Below are positions 25,701-38,864 of a DNA stretch of 64,000 bases, one piece after another (position 1 is the first letter of the stretch; every line of letters starts with the position of its first letter). The translations under genes and the position numbers were made by a program. The notes under the pieces are model-generated. The model saw only the letters and a list, made by a program, of their open reading frames with translations. It made no database searches and was not told the origin of the DNA. Origin of the DNA: Octopus sinensis (taxonomy: Eukaryota); assembly GCF_006345805.1 (NCBI RefSeq), contig NC_043001.1, forward strand, positions 49,910,001 through 49,974,000, in the 5' to 3' direction.

Positions 25701-26929
25701 CTTTGGCTAGGTATTTCTCCTGCAGCTGTCTTACCAGGAATATAGCATCAGTAGTACTTTTCCCTGGCACGAACCCAAACTGCATATCATCTAAGGTAAC
25801 TCTCTCTCTAATTAGTTGGGCTACAACCCTCTCCGTAACCTTCATTACCTGATCCAGCAGCTTGATGCCCCTGTAGTTATTTGTCTCTAGGGCGTCGCCT
25901 TTACCTTTGTAGCAGTTGACTATTATGCTGCTACACCAGTCATTGGGTATGACCCCCTCGTGTATCACCTGGTTAACTATACGGGTGACTAAGCTATAGC
26001 CGACACCACCAGATATTTTGAGCATCTCTGCAGTAATTCCTGATGGGCCTGGGGCTTTCCCTGTTTTCATGCTTCTAATTGCCTTATCTACTAAGGAACT
26101 GTTAACTCGGATTGCTGGTCCCTCTGTTGGGTCGACATTCGGCAGACTCTCTTTATCCCATTCATTTTCCTCATTCAGCAACCTTTCATAGTGGCGTCTC
26201 CAAGCTTCTCTCTTTGCATCCTCATTTAACGCAAGTGAACCATCCTCCATGCGAACACATTTCTCTCCTACCACGTCACGATTCTCTCTCACACACTGTC
26301 TTGCAACACGAAATACCTCAAGTCTTTCATCCTCACGACGCAGGACATTGGCAAATTTTTCCTTATCTGCCTCCCCTCTGGCTAGATAGACCTGTCTCCT
26401 GGCTTCCCTTCTGGCAGACTGATACACTTCCCTGCTACCACCGTTCTTCCAGGCCTTCCAAGCCTGTTTCTTTTGTCTAATAGCCCTGTCAACAATATTG
26501 TTCCACCACCACGTTATTTTGGGTCTTAAGGGGACTTTGCACCAGCCACAGATCTGGTCAGCGGCTTTCAGCAGGTTGTCCCTCAGAAGCATCCAGTTGT
26601 CTTCTACCCCATGCGTAGCTATACTCCCTTCCATTTCGTCTAAGGCTTCAAATAACATATCTCTAAATCTCTGTCCATTCGCAGGGTCTTTAAGCTTCCA
26701 GACCCTTCTTCTCCATGTTGGTCGTCTTCTAGTCGCCCTCTTTGTCCTGATCCTAAAGTCACTAACTACCAGTCTATGTTGTGGGGTGCATTCTTCACCT
26801 GGGAAGGTTTTGGCATTTATAAGCAGCCATCTTTCCCTTTTTCTGGCAAGGATGTAGTCGATTTGGCTAGTATGCCGGCCCGATCGGTAGGTGACCAGGT
26901 GGCTTGTCGGTTTCCTGAAGTTAGTGTTG
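22784..26929 (-). mobile_element. Young, 5'-truncated RTE-clade LINE
   Basis: (ATG)n tail at ~22784-22807, 3' UTR at ~22808-24453 and an uninterrupted ORF. Candidate 7-bp TSD ctaacat at 22777-22783 and 26930-26936. Confidence 0.93.
24454..26929 (-). CDS. RTE ORF2: C-terminal end of the APE endonuclease, reverse transcriptase and an inserted PHD finger
   Basis: Motifs SQIDYIL, KAPGPSGI, NYRGIKLL, QFGF, FVDLEKAFDRVP, GVHQGSVLSPLLF, LYADD, FRYLG and RLRWYGHV. No stops in 832 codons. The first ~8 residues of the ORF-track protein come from flanking DNA. Confidence 0.93.
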
Positions 26930-28269
26930 CTAACATATATACACATAGTCAAGGTACTCTGGAGTTCAAAATATTACATCTTTTTTAACTGTAACCAGAG
27001 AGATAAATGCATCATGTTAAACTTCAGTAATTTAGGTAGATGCTGAGGCACTGAATGATGAGCGTACACAAGTCTCTACAAGTTTTCTTGATTTGGAAAG
27101 AAAATTTGTTCTTTGTTATTTATGGACATATTTTTGTTTTATTAAGCCTCGTCAGGAAAATAGTTTTAAGCCTGCATTGACGAGTGGACAAAGATTTTTT
27201 TACAAGCAGAAATATTGGCTTGTATAATTTGCATAATTATAAAAAGTGGGTTTTAGTAAGTAACTTGTGTGCACCTTGGAGATAAAAAGCCTAGTGAAAA
27301 TTGTAAGGGATTATTGAAGAAAAGGGGATATGATTTCAAGGGAATATATATATCACAAAAAATAATTAAGCTAAGCAATATCGCTCATGTTAAATCTATC
27401 AAAGACTGGAGCAGGATATTGAGCAAGCCAAGTGACAAAGACTGTGGAAGACCTACAGTAGTCGAAAAGAAAGGGTGGGACGGGACAGTTATGTGGAACA
27501 TAATTGAACTGAATGACTGAGTATCAAACATGTTGGCTGATGTGAGGCAGGAGAAAGAACTGAATTGGTATAATATAAATGAATGACGATGAGTGCTGGG
27601 TGAAAAAAAATGTACTGAGAGCAGCAGAACAGGAAAGAAGATCTGAGAAGTGAGTGGTGTTAACTTTCAGCATGCTTGAGTTCAAAATATTGAGATGCAT
27701 AGCTACATACTATGTGGCAGACACATCCAAACCATGGTTGTTAAAAAAAAAAATGCTGATAATGATGATGATGATGAATTGAACAGCTGAAGCTAGTGAA
27801 GTGTAGTGGGAGATGCTACTAGATTTCAGTTTGTTTCAGTTTGAATACATAAACCAATCAAGAAGTCGATGCGGTCGGCAAATCTTTTGCTAGCTTTAAA
27901 ACAGAGATTGCATGTTAAAGTAGTAAATCTTAGAACATCGTATCCTATGCAAGAACAAGATGGTGAAATAAGAAAATTAGACTGCAATCAATAAGTGAGA
28001 CACCTCATTATCTACACAGTCTGGTTAGAAAAAGAGAGGTGGGGGGACCAAAGAACAAAAAAATATGGGCATTAGGCCAATTTCTGTGGGTGAAAATCTA
28101 AATGATAAACTTGAAAATCATGTGTGCCACAGTATATTACTGGTACATTTATTAATGAAGCTACAAAAATGAAAATTGGAAACCAAACCCAAGAAGCTGT
28201 AAACGAAATACAGTGATACATTTAGTTTCCTGAATTCATTCGTTTTTCTTAACGAAAGAACAATAATAA

Positions 28270-28855
28270 TGATTTCTAACATAGGAAGAAGGTCAAAATT
28301 TTGAGGAAGGACAGTTGATTATATCACTACCGGTACTCAACTGATATTTATTACATTGCAAGATGAAAGTCAAATTTGACCTCAGCAGGATTTGAACTCA
28401 GACAGTAAAGAGTCAATGAAATAATGGAAAGCATATTTGCCTGATGCAGTATCAATTCTGCTAATTCCTTGCCTTTGTTGTAGTAGTTGTCCTTTCTACT
28501 ATAAACATAAGAGCAGAAATTTTGTAGATTAAATCAACTACTGGTACTGCATTTTATCAATCCCAGAATGATGAAGGCAAAGTTAATCTTGGTAGGACAC
28601 AAATTTAGAAGATAGACAATTAACGGTACTCCCTTCCAATAATAATAATCCTTTCTTATTTCAGCACAAGGCCAGCAATTTTTGAAGTGATGGAAAGTTG
28701 ATTATATTGGCCTCTGTGCTTAACTGGTACTTATTTTCTCAACCCCAGAAGGCTGAAAAACAAAGTCAACCTCAGCAGTATTTGAATTCAGAATGTAAAG
28801 ATGAAGAAAGACTGCTAAGCATTTTGTCCAGTATGCTAATGATTCAACCAGCTTG
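28270..28855 (-). mobile_element. Cluster of three co-oriented SINE family B copies
   Basis: Three successive copies separated by (AAT)n/(TAG)n. Confidence 0.75.
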
Positions 28856-30039
28856 CTATAGCAATGTTGATGATAGTAGTAGTAGTAGTAGTAGTTGCAA
28901 CCACCTTGATGGAGAATTCTTAACATAAGTACATAAGTATAGTCTGGTGGTCTACTATTCCATGCAATTCACTGCCTTCATAACAAGAACTTAATTACAA
29001 TGTGTTTGGCAAGCAGTTAGCTGGTGCAATCATTTTTACCTCTCTGTTCTGGTCCAATCTTTTTCTTTTTTTATAAAAACATTTTCTTATTTTGATTCTT
29101 CTCTCACTAACCTACCTCTCCCATGTAGCTAATTAAGATATATGTTTTCTACAGTTCATCATTCAATCTTCCCTCTACAGTTACCATGAATATAACTGAT
29201 TTTAATAGACCCACCACCAGCTATGCAGCTACTACTGTCCCCACTGTCAGCACCACCCTATCACACACCTCACAGACAGTCTGGCTTATTCTGAGTGCCA
29301 GACATATATTAGGAAAGAAAATTATGAATATTTCATAGACTGATGATTCTGTTGTACCATCATAATTAAGACTTAACCAGAGACTGACTGAGAAGGGTGA
29401 CAAGTAGGTGGGTGGAAGATTTAGACAAATGGACTTACATATTGATAATTTCATATTGATAAAAAAAGGGCTTTAACTACAAAAAAAAAAAAAGGAAAAC
29501 AGTCTCTGGTTCCTGAGGTTCTCTGTTGTTCTAAAGAAATAATATTTCTCATAGCACTTAATTATTTTCATTCTATCAACAGCTTTTGCTGTCTTCATGA
29601 TAAATATATAAGTTTCTATTTTCATTGGTTAAATAAAAACATGCATTTTTTTCCTGTCCCCAAACAAAATAATAATTAAAAAAAAACTGTAAAAGGAGTT
29701 TTTTTTTTGTTTTTGTTTTTTTGCTCTTTTTTTTTATATTTTCTCTTACAAATGAATTCTTTGTTATTATTTTGGTCATTTTTGTTTATTTACTTCTTGA
29801 ATGTCAAGTTATTCTGTTGATTAATTTGTGGCTTAGGAAATGAGGGGAGGGAGGAAGGGACGGTGTGTATGTGTCAAAATGTGCTTGTTAGAATATGAAA
29901 ATGTGTTTGTGTGTGTGTTGTACGTGTGAAAATATGTTTGTTAGTGCGTGTGAAAACATGTTTTTGTTAGTGTGTGTGTGTGTGTGTGTGAAAATGTGTT
30001 TGTTAGTAAGGCAGAGAGAGTGTGTGTGTTTATTATATA

Positions 30040-31030
30040 CATCATTTACATTTGACGGATATTTGTCCTCATCTTGTTGTTAACACAATGTTTCGGCTGA
30101 TATACCCTCTAGCCTTCATCAGGTGCCTTGGGGAAATTTCGAACCTGGGTTCTCATTCCTAAGGTATTTGTCACCACCGCTACTACCACCATCATCATCA
30201 TCATCATCATTATTATTATCCAGGGAACTGCCTGGAATCTTGGGGTTAGTAGCCTGCACTCTCAACCACTACACCATAGGCCCATGGGCAATTATGGAGT
30301 GAACTTTAGGGCTTATAAATCTAATATTTTCCTATCCTTCCTTAATACCAGTTCCCATATGCTACTCATATCTGCATTCAGTCTGCTTAGGAGGTTGTTG
30401 TGTCCTAGCATATGTACTGCTTCTTTTAGTTTTCGTATTTTCCAGTGGTGTTCTTTGTCTATTATTTTAACTTCATCCCACAGGGGGAGGTGGTTTCCAT
30501 TTTTCCATACATGATCAGCTATACCCGATTTATCAATATCTCCCTGTATCACAGCTTTGCGATGTTTGTCTACCCTTATTTTGAGGAGGTGGCATGTTGT
30601 GCCTTTGTATAACCCACCACAGCTGCATGGGATGGCATACAAGCAGTTTTTGGTCATATTCTCTTCTACTGGTGGTTTTACTCGAAGGTGATATTTGCAA
30701 AGTGTTGTACTGCTCTTGAATACTGTCCTGATGTCATATGGGCCGCATATCTTTTGTATCTTTTCGGAGAGGCCTTTCACATAGGGTGGACAGGCTGTGA
30801 ACAGGCTACTAACCCCCAGTTCAATTCCAGGCAATGACTTGAATAATAATAATAAATAATAACATTGAAAAATACCATAGGAATGAGAACCCAGGTTCAA
30901 AATTTCCCCAAGACACCTGGTGAAGGCTGGAGGGTATATCAGCCAAAACATTGTGTTAACAACAAGATGAGGACAAATATATGTAAATAATGTACATAAT
31001 TCCTCATCTCTTAAATATAGAACTGTATGT
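30040..31030 (-). mobile_element. Penelope-like element (PLE), 5'-truncated, with GIY-YIG endonuclease and inverted pseudo-LTRs
   Basis: KNCLYAIPCSCGGLYKGTT..RVDKH..KSGIADH..RKLKEA at ~30313-30830. The same ~130-nt terminal segment occurs at 30045-30175 and, inverted, at 30865-31000. Confidence 0.9.
30082..30127 (-). ncRNA. Hammerhead in the PLE 3' pseudo-LTR, cleavage triplet mutated
   Basis: GGCAC-CUGAUGA-aGGCU..AGCC-GAAAC-(A)UU-GUGUU. The inverted copy at 30912-30957 carries further core mutations (CUGGUGA, AAAAC). Confidence 0.7.
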
Positions 31031-32871
31031 GGGTGTGTGTGTTTGTATGTGCAGGAGATGAAAGAAGGGTGGGGGTAGAGTGACTGTGTGCATGAGGGGA
31101 AGGAGGAGTAGAGAAAGTGCATGCTTTTTTTTTTAAAGTATCTTTTGTTTCATGTAGCACTAAAAATTTTTATACAAAATAGAATGAAAAATATAAAACA
31201 TAAAAAAGTAAAAAAGCAGCATATAGTAAAAAGTCTAAGTCTGTGTTATATGAAGAGGATTAAGTGGCTATGTGGAAACAGCAATAAGAATTTCAGTAAT
31301 GAGTTTTCATATGTCAGTGGAACCAGTATTCTATTCAATTCTACATGCTTCAGTTCTTCTCACTTTTTAAATGACTATAACAATAGCTGTGACACAAATG
31401 GTAGGTTATATTTGGATGGAGGCTAAGCTCATGGTATCTTAAATACTGAAACTAACCATTAGCTTACCTACAGTAACACTTCAAACACCTTAACACAATT
31501 TAAAAACAAAGACTAACCATTAACACAACTACTACACTTTAAAACTAGTGAATACCAAACTGTGTGAACTAACTAACCTACTATACCCCTACAATAATCA
31601 CAGTTCACATGTCAAGACATAGTTAAGAAAGTAAAATGACAAATACACTTAGAGTACTACCAGGTACCTCATTTGATCCACACAAACATAAAAGCATTTA
31701 ATGTATAAAAAAGAAAAGAATATATTAGATCATCATGAATTATGCTGTGATGATAGCTTGGGATCCCAATCGCCTTACAACAAACCCCAACAAATAACAC
31801 AAACTGAGCACTTCATACCACAAGTAGACCAACCATACAGTAAAACACAAATACTAAATAATTCAGTTCAAATACATTTGACCAGTAAAAAAGCTATTTG
31901 CATTGCAATTTGCCATTCAGAAGATTCTCATTTTTGGCAATAAGTATCAAAACACCAACAGTCATTTCACGACACCTTCTGCTGAAATAGTGAATGCATT
32001 TCATGCCATTTGGCTATCGTCAGCATTATGTACAACAAGACAGACAAACTCTGGGCCATGTGAATATGCAAAAGGCGCAGTTTGTTGCTGTAGCGAACTC
32101 CAGCTCTCACAGTTCCTGCCAGTTATAAGGAATAAAGTAAATGAATCACCACTGCCACCGCCTGGACAGGCTGCCAGTCTACAAGTAACATTTTTAGAAT
32201 ATCTGGTGTCCATTTATGACAGCAAGGTAAACTGAAACAATGTAAGGTATAAAATGTTCTCCAGAAAGATACTGAATTTCCTTTCATTCATGACTGCTAC
32301 ATGCAAGTAATATGACACTATACTCAACCTGCTACTTTGTTTCTCTACAAGGTTGGGGTATGAACAATCATCAATTTGATCAGCTGGTGTCTTTCACATT
32401 GACTGTTTACATTTCATTATGTCAGGGATCAGTGAATTTGGGTCCGACTGTGTCTATGTTCATATGTGGTCATCTATGATATTGAGAGTGAACTGGGAGG
32501 TTGAGATATTCATCATTTATCATGCAAGTGGATATTGATACCAGATTGCCTACTTTGCTCATAAGGACATTCAGGGTGTCTGAAACAGGACTGAAAATTA
32601 AATATTAATGAGGATTTCTGAACATGGAGACCCACACATTTTGAAGAAAGTCAAGGTCAGTTTCTCTGGAGCTCACTTTATAATTGTTATTATTATCAGC
32701 ATTACTACTTATTGAAATTCAGATAAAATACAGGTTCAAGATCAGTATCCTTTGAAAAACCAGAACATAAAGTGACATAAATAAATACATCGGATCATGG
32801 CCTTTAATCAGGCACACAAATGATGACTAACATTTCCATCATAACCCTCTTAATAATAATGATTATAATAA

Positions 32872-33543
32872 TCCTTTAAGCACAAGGCCTGAAATTTGGG
32901 GAAGGGGGATAGTCGATTACATCAACCTCAGTACTCAACTGATACTTAGTACATTGACCCTGAAAAGATGAAAAGCAATGTCAACCTCAGCGGAATTTGA
33001 ATTCAGAACATAAAGACATGAAATACTGCTAAGTAATTTGCCCCGCATGCTAATGATTCTGCTGCTGCTAGTAGTAGTAGTAGTACCCTTAACATGCGTA
33101 CCCTTAACATAGTTCTCAGGGAGATTCAGCATGACATAGAGTATTACAAGGCTGGCCCTTTGAAATACAAGTACAACTCATTTTTGCCAGCTGAGTGCAC
33201 TGGAGCAATGTGAAATAATATGTCTTGCTCAAGGACACAGCATGTCGCCAGGAATTGAACTCACAACCTTATGATCATAAGCTGAATACTCTACCCACTA
33301 AGCCACATGCCTTCAATAGTAATAATAATTTTGACATAAGGCTAACAACTTTCAGAGGAGGAGAAAGGAAAGTCAATTATATCAATCCAGTGCTCAACTA
33401 GTACTTATTTTATTGACCCCTAGAAGGGATGAAAGGCTAAATTCACCTTGACACGATTTGAACTTGGAACATAAAGTGCTAGAAAAAATTCTACTAAGTA
33501 TTTTGTCCAATGCGGTAACAATTGTGCCAAGCCTGTCACCTTA
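32872..33543 (-). mobile_element. SINE cluster: family B, family C (33085-33315), family B
   Basis: Two B copies flank a different tRNA-headed SINE with central gtgtccttgagcaagaca...ctccagtgcactcagctg. A plus-strand relative of family C lies at 19410-19700. Confidence 0.75.
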
Positions 33544-33953
33544 ATAGTAATCATTTCTGACATAAGCATAGCATGGTTGTGCAGTTAAGAAATTTACTTT
33601 TCAATCAGGTTTTTGAGTTCAGTCCCACTGCAACTCACCTTGGCAAGTGTTGCCAACTATAGTCCCAAGCCATTTAAAGATTCAGAGTAGATTTGGTAGA
33701 TAGAAACTGAAAACAGCCTGCCATAAATACTGTGTGTGTGTGTGCCCCACCAGCCTTGTTGTGACATGATGCAATAGTAGTTGAAGGGTAATGATAAGAG
33801 GGGCATCCATTCATAGCAAATTTATCTCAACAAATTTTGTGTGACCCATTCAAGCATGGAAAAGTAGATTGTACAACAATGATGATGCATAGGGTTATAT
33901 ATTTTGGTGAAGAGTTACAGCTGATTCCATAAATCTCAGTACTTCATCATTAC

Positions 33954-34357
33954 TATACTCTTTTACTTGTTTCAGTCATTTGACTGTGGCCATGCTGGAG
34001 CACCGCCTTTAGTTGAACAAATCAACCCCAGGACTTATTCCTTGCAAGCCTTGTACTTATTCTATCCGTCTCTTTTACCGAACCGCTAAGTTACAGGGGC
34101 ATAAACACACCAGCATCGGTTGTCAAGCAATGTTGGGGGGACAAACACAGACACACAAATATATACACACACTCATAAATATATATATACATATATACAA
34201 TGGGCTTCTTTCAATTCCCGTCTACCAAATCCACTCACAAAGCTTTGGTCGGCCCAAGACTATAGAAGACACTTGCCCAAGCTGCCATGCAGTGGGACTG
34301 AACCCAGGACCATGTGGTTGGTAAGCAAGCTGCTTACCACACAGCCACTCCGACGCC
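33954..34357 (-). mobile_element. SINE family A
   Basis: Full-length copy. Confidence 0.9.
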
Positions 34358-35294
34358 TATATATCATTAATCTTAAAAAAGAAAGAGGCTGAGAGAGAAA
34401 ATGAATTCGAAAGAAAATGAATGAAGAAATAAGGAAACAAATAAATGAACAAAACAATCCTACATAAAATTTTTTTTTTAAACTTTGTGGTATTTAAGTA
34501 TTTTTGTTATTGTTTATTTTAGATATTTTATTTTTCAGTTTTGGGTTGGAAGAAAACTTGCAATGAAACAACATCCTAAATACTGAATGGTATGAGTAGA
34601 GGTTGTAGAGAGGAGGAGGAGGAAGTGGAGGAGATGATGATGACAGAAATAGAGGTGGCGCTGGTGATATTGGCAGTGATACAAATGATAGGTAGTGTTG
34701 GTGATTGTGGTTGTAACTGTTGTAGCAATATGGTGGAGAGGCAGGAATTAGTAGCGGTGGAGGTTGATGGTGGTTAGTAAGGCGCATCTAAGTATCAGTT
34801 ACATGCTGAAATAGGGTTTATTGAAAGACATCATGTCAGTTGGATCATATTAGCCCAGGAGTGCAGCCAGCAAGTGAAAGAGGGAGTGGAGTGATCTCCG
34901 GAGGTTATAGTAGTGAGAGTAACACCCACTTCCCAAATTTTCCCTACTAATCTCTGCTCCTATCTTGTTCTACTCTCCTTCCTTCCACACCTCAGAATTT
35001 CACTATGATTTACTCTATCTCTTCCTATTTCTCTCAATGCTAATAACAGGCAAACTATTCATGAATTGAATATTGTGTATGCATGCATGTGTGTTTGTAC
35101 AAACACACACTCATGCACATACATACAAACAAACATGTAATCAATACATTGTGAAGGGCTTATTTGCTTGTTTGAAAGCAATGATTCATTGTGTATCTAT
35201 CCGAAGTTTCTCACCTGAATGAACTTGCAAAGTACGAAACACACACACACACACAGAGTGTGTGTGTGTGTGTGTGTGTGGTGTGTGTGTGTGT

Positions 35295-35590
35295 GTGAAG
35301 AGAATAACAAGGTGTCTTTATATCTGCTTAAATTTTCAAAGCAAATACTCTAAAAACTGCAGTTTACATTTATCTTAGGTTTCCTACATATTTTTGTACA
35401 TAGATAGGTTTCTAACCCAAACTTTGTAGTTCGTAGATTACAAACCCACACATTGTATGTGAAGAGAATAACAAAGTGTATTTATATGTTATAATTTTCA
35501 AAGACTTTAAAAACTGAAATTTACATTTATCTTAGGTGTTATAAGTTGTGTGTACAAATACAAGTTTTTAATCAATTAATCAATGCTTTG
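35295..35590. repeat. Diverged tandem duplication, period 164 bp
   Basis: gtgaagagaataacaa at 35295 and 35459; tttacatttatcttagg in both copies. Confidence 0.75.
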
Positions 35591-35626
35591 TGGTGCATAA
35601 ACTCTTAACACACACACACACCCATT

Positions 35627-35658
<32 letters not shown>

Positions 35659-35662
<4 letters not shown>

Positions 35663-35841
35663 CGCAAGAGTGGCTGTGTGGTAAGTAGCTTGCTAACCAA
35701 CCACATGGTTCCGGGTTCAGTCCCACTGCGTGGCATCTTGAGCAAGTGTCTTCTGCTATAGCCCCGGGCTGACCAATGCCTTGTGAGTGGATTTGGTAGA
35801 TGGAAGCTGAAAGAAGCCTGTCGTATATATGTGTATATATG

Positions 35842-35884
<43 letters not shown>

Positions 35885-36064
35885 TTGTGTGTCTGTGTTT
35901 GTCTCCCTAGCATTGCTTGACAACCGATGCTGGTGTGTTTACATCTCCGTCACTTAGAGACTGGGGCTTACAAAGAATAAGTCCCGGGGTCGATTTACTC
36001 GACTAAAGGCGGTGCTCCAGCATGGCCGCAGTCAAATGACTGAAACAGATAAAAGAGTAAAAGA

Positions 36065-36066
<2 letters not shown>
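35659..36066 (+). mobile_element. SINE family A
   Basis: Full-length copy in (TA)n context. Confidence 0.9.
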
Positions 36067-36116
<50 letters not shown>

Positions 36117-36430
36117 TAATGTATATACACATTAAAATACAAAGCTTTTTAATTTCCTATGTCATTTGGAGAGGAAGAACATAAAAAATTATTTATTTCC
36201 TAAGTGGAGAGGGTGAAAAAATAACGAAACTGCACAACTAATTCTCTGCCATTCTCCATTTCCATATTGTTTAGAGTTATAGGAACTTTGGGAGAAAGTT
36301 CTCTCTACCAAATGGAGGACTTTGAAACATCAGAAGTTCACCTAATGGACCACAATGAACTTAAGATACAGCACACTTCAATAATACATTCACTTAAATA
36401 AACATGCAGAGAGAGAGAGAGAGAGAGAGA

Positions 36431-36461
<31 letters not shown>

Positions 36462-37637
36462 TGTGTGTGCATGCATATTCCAGTTTGGAAATAAACAAAA
36501 ACATTTGAAAACACAAAACCAGAGCAAGAAGCAGAAAAACCAGAAATAACTTTAATTTACAAAAAAAAAATGTGAAGGAACTTCAACGCAATTTACTCTG
36601 AAATGCCATGTAAAGACCACCACCACAGAAAATTCTGGTGTCCAATTACACAGATTTTATCACTCTCACTTCAGCTCTTGCTAATTTTTTTTCATGATTT
36701 GGTTTTTTTTTTCATATTATTTCTACATATTCTTCTCGTCTATATCATGGTAGTTAGTATTACAACTTATTGCAAAACAGTGTGCATTGTTCTAAATCTG
36801 CTAATTCTGTCACAGCTGCAAAGCATTTCATCACATTTGAAGAGACATGAGAACTAATCCGATTAGCAAATTGAAATAATCTTATATCTATACACACATA
36901 AACACGTCTACATACATATACAGACAACTACACATGTGCATATAAACAGACAAAAAAATTCATATATACACAACACAAACATATAGGTTTTGGTAGTTCA
37001 AACAGAATAAATAAAACAATATATTTTTTATTATTTAAAAATTTTATATTATTTAAGAATTTCTATATAATACATAAATACATATATGCATGTGTGTGTG
37101 TGTACACACACACATGCATACATTCATACATATACCATATATACATCATTAACATTGTTTTAAAATCCACTTTTCCATACTTCCATGGGTTGAATAGAAT
37201 TCATTGAGGTAAGCTTTCTACTGTAGGATGCTCTTCCTATCACCTTTACATATGTACAAATATATAAATATACACAAACACACACAGGTGTGGTCTAGTA
37301 GAATACATAAACATACATGTGTACATATACATATATACCTACACACACACATACACGTATACAAATATATATATATATGTATTATATACATATATAAGGG
37401 TGTATGTTATCATAATGGTCAGTATGCGTGTCGCAACAATATAGACTTGTGGGTTTGAGTCCCATGCATACAACAAATGCTGCTTTTTTTCCGTAGAGGG
37501 TTTATATGCCCCAATATTAGACTATTTATCTTAGTCAATGGACACTGATCACTTATAAGCTATAAGCTTACAAATATCATTATTATTATTATCATAATTA
37601 TTATCATTATTTATAGAAGTGTAAAATTCGGCACCGT

Positions 37638-37679
37638 TTACCAAATAATCACAGAAAATGTAAATACACACACATATGC

Positions 37680-37716
<37 letters not shown>

Positions 37717-37783
37717 ATATATATAAATAAATATATGCAAAAGCATATACACAAGTGTACACATGTATACACATACGTATGTA

Positions 37784-37832
<49 letters not shown>

Positions 37833-37850
37833 CACACACACACACACACA
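37638..37850. repeat. Compound (TA)n/(CA)n microsatellite, representative of dozens of (TA)n, (CA)n, (GA)n, (AAT)n and (ATC)n tracts
   Basis: Directly visible. These tracts produce many of the spurious YIYI/CVCV/THTH ORFs in the track. Confidence 0.95.
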
Positions 37851-37851
37851 T

Positions 37852-38525
37852 ATCATCATCATCATCATCGTTTAACGTCCGTTTTCCATGCCGGCATGGA
37901 TTGGATGGTTCAATTGGGGCCTGGGAAGCCAGGGGCTGCACCAGACCCCAATCTGATCTGGCAGTGTTTCTACAGCTGGATGCCCTTCCTAACGCAAACC
38001 ACTCTGAGAGTGTAGTGGTTGCTTTTTACGCGCCACCAGCACAGGGGCCAAGGGAGCTGGCATCAGCCATGATCAGATGGTGCTTTTTGCATGCCACTGG
38101 CACGGAAGCCAGTCAGGGTAGTACTGGCATCAGCCACGATCAGATGGTGCTTTTTACATGCCACTGGCATGGGGGTCACAACTACAATTTCCATTTGATT
38201 GTAATTTGATTTGATTTGATTTTGATGTTGATGTACTTGACACAATAGGTCTCCTCAAGCATGGCATGTCACCCTACAATCCAAGGTACTTTTGGGTGGG
38301 CTGGTTATGCGATGCTGGTGTGTACTTACAGCTGTGAACTCACTTTATTTGCTGTCTCAGTCACAGCATACCTCCAGAGGTCTCAGTCTTTTGTCATTGC
38401 CTCTGTGGGACCCAACATTCGAAGGTCATGCTTCACCACCTCATCCCATGTCTTCCTGGGTCTCCCTCTACCCAAGATTCCTTCCACTGTTTGGGAGTGG
38501 CACTTTTTCAAACAGCTCTCCTAGT
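37852..38525 (-). mobile_element. Older truncated copy of the same RTE family (3' UTR plus last codons)
   Basis: (CAT)n + tttaacgtccgttttccatgc, the same UTR modules, then the GRPRKTWDEVVKHDLR-coding region shared with ~24500-24640. Confidence 0.85.
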
Positions 38526-38531
38526 CCATTG

Positions 38532-38845
38532 ACACTGGCTTACGCTTATTCTCTGATCCCAAAATACTTCATTAATATTCCTCACACTTTCCATTGCGTT
38601 GTTGCCTTTATCGAACTCATAAAGCAAAATATACCAAAAATACTTCTTTGTCACTTCTATTATAGCTTTGAAAAACTAACTTAAAATTGAACTGCACTCT
38701 TCAAAACTTGCACTAAGAATAAGGATACGGTAAAATTACTATCTGCTTTTATAGCAAGTTGATGCAGATAGTCTATCCTGTCCCCATCCGACTTTGAGTT
38801 CATGCAATTGAAAAAAAACTGCATTATTTATAGAATGACCCAATA
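38532..38845 (-). mobile_element. Terminal fragment of the same mariner family
   Basis: Aligns with 14820-15124, including the TIR (tttatagaatgacccaata). Confidence 0.8.
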
Positions 38846-38864
38846 TGTATATATAAATATATAT

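Noticed and set aside
31903-32235. GC-richer segment with ORFs on both strands, including signal-peptide-like MAQSLSVLLYIMLTIAK
   Set aside because: No frame combines good splice sites with the phase 1 needed for the Ig exon, and there is no recognisable domain.
32350-32590. Minus-strand acceptor followed by DTLNVLMSKVGNLVSISTC, resembling the start of an alternative Ig exon
   Set aside because: The frame stops after ~36 codons and lacks the Trp and DxGxYxC motifs; possibly a decayed LINE. I found no Dscam-like exon array.
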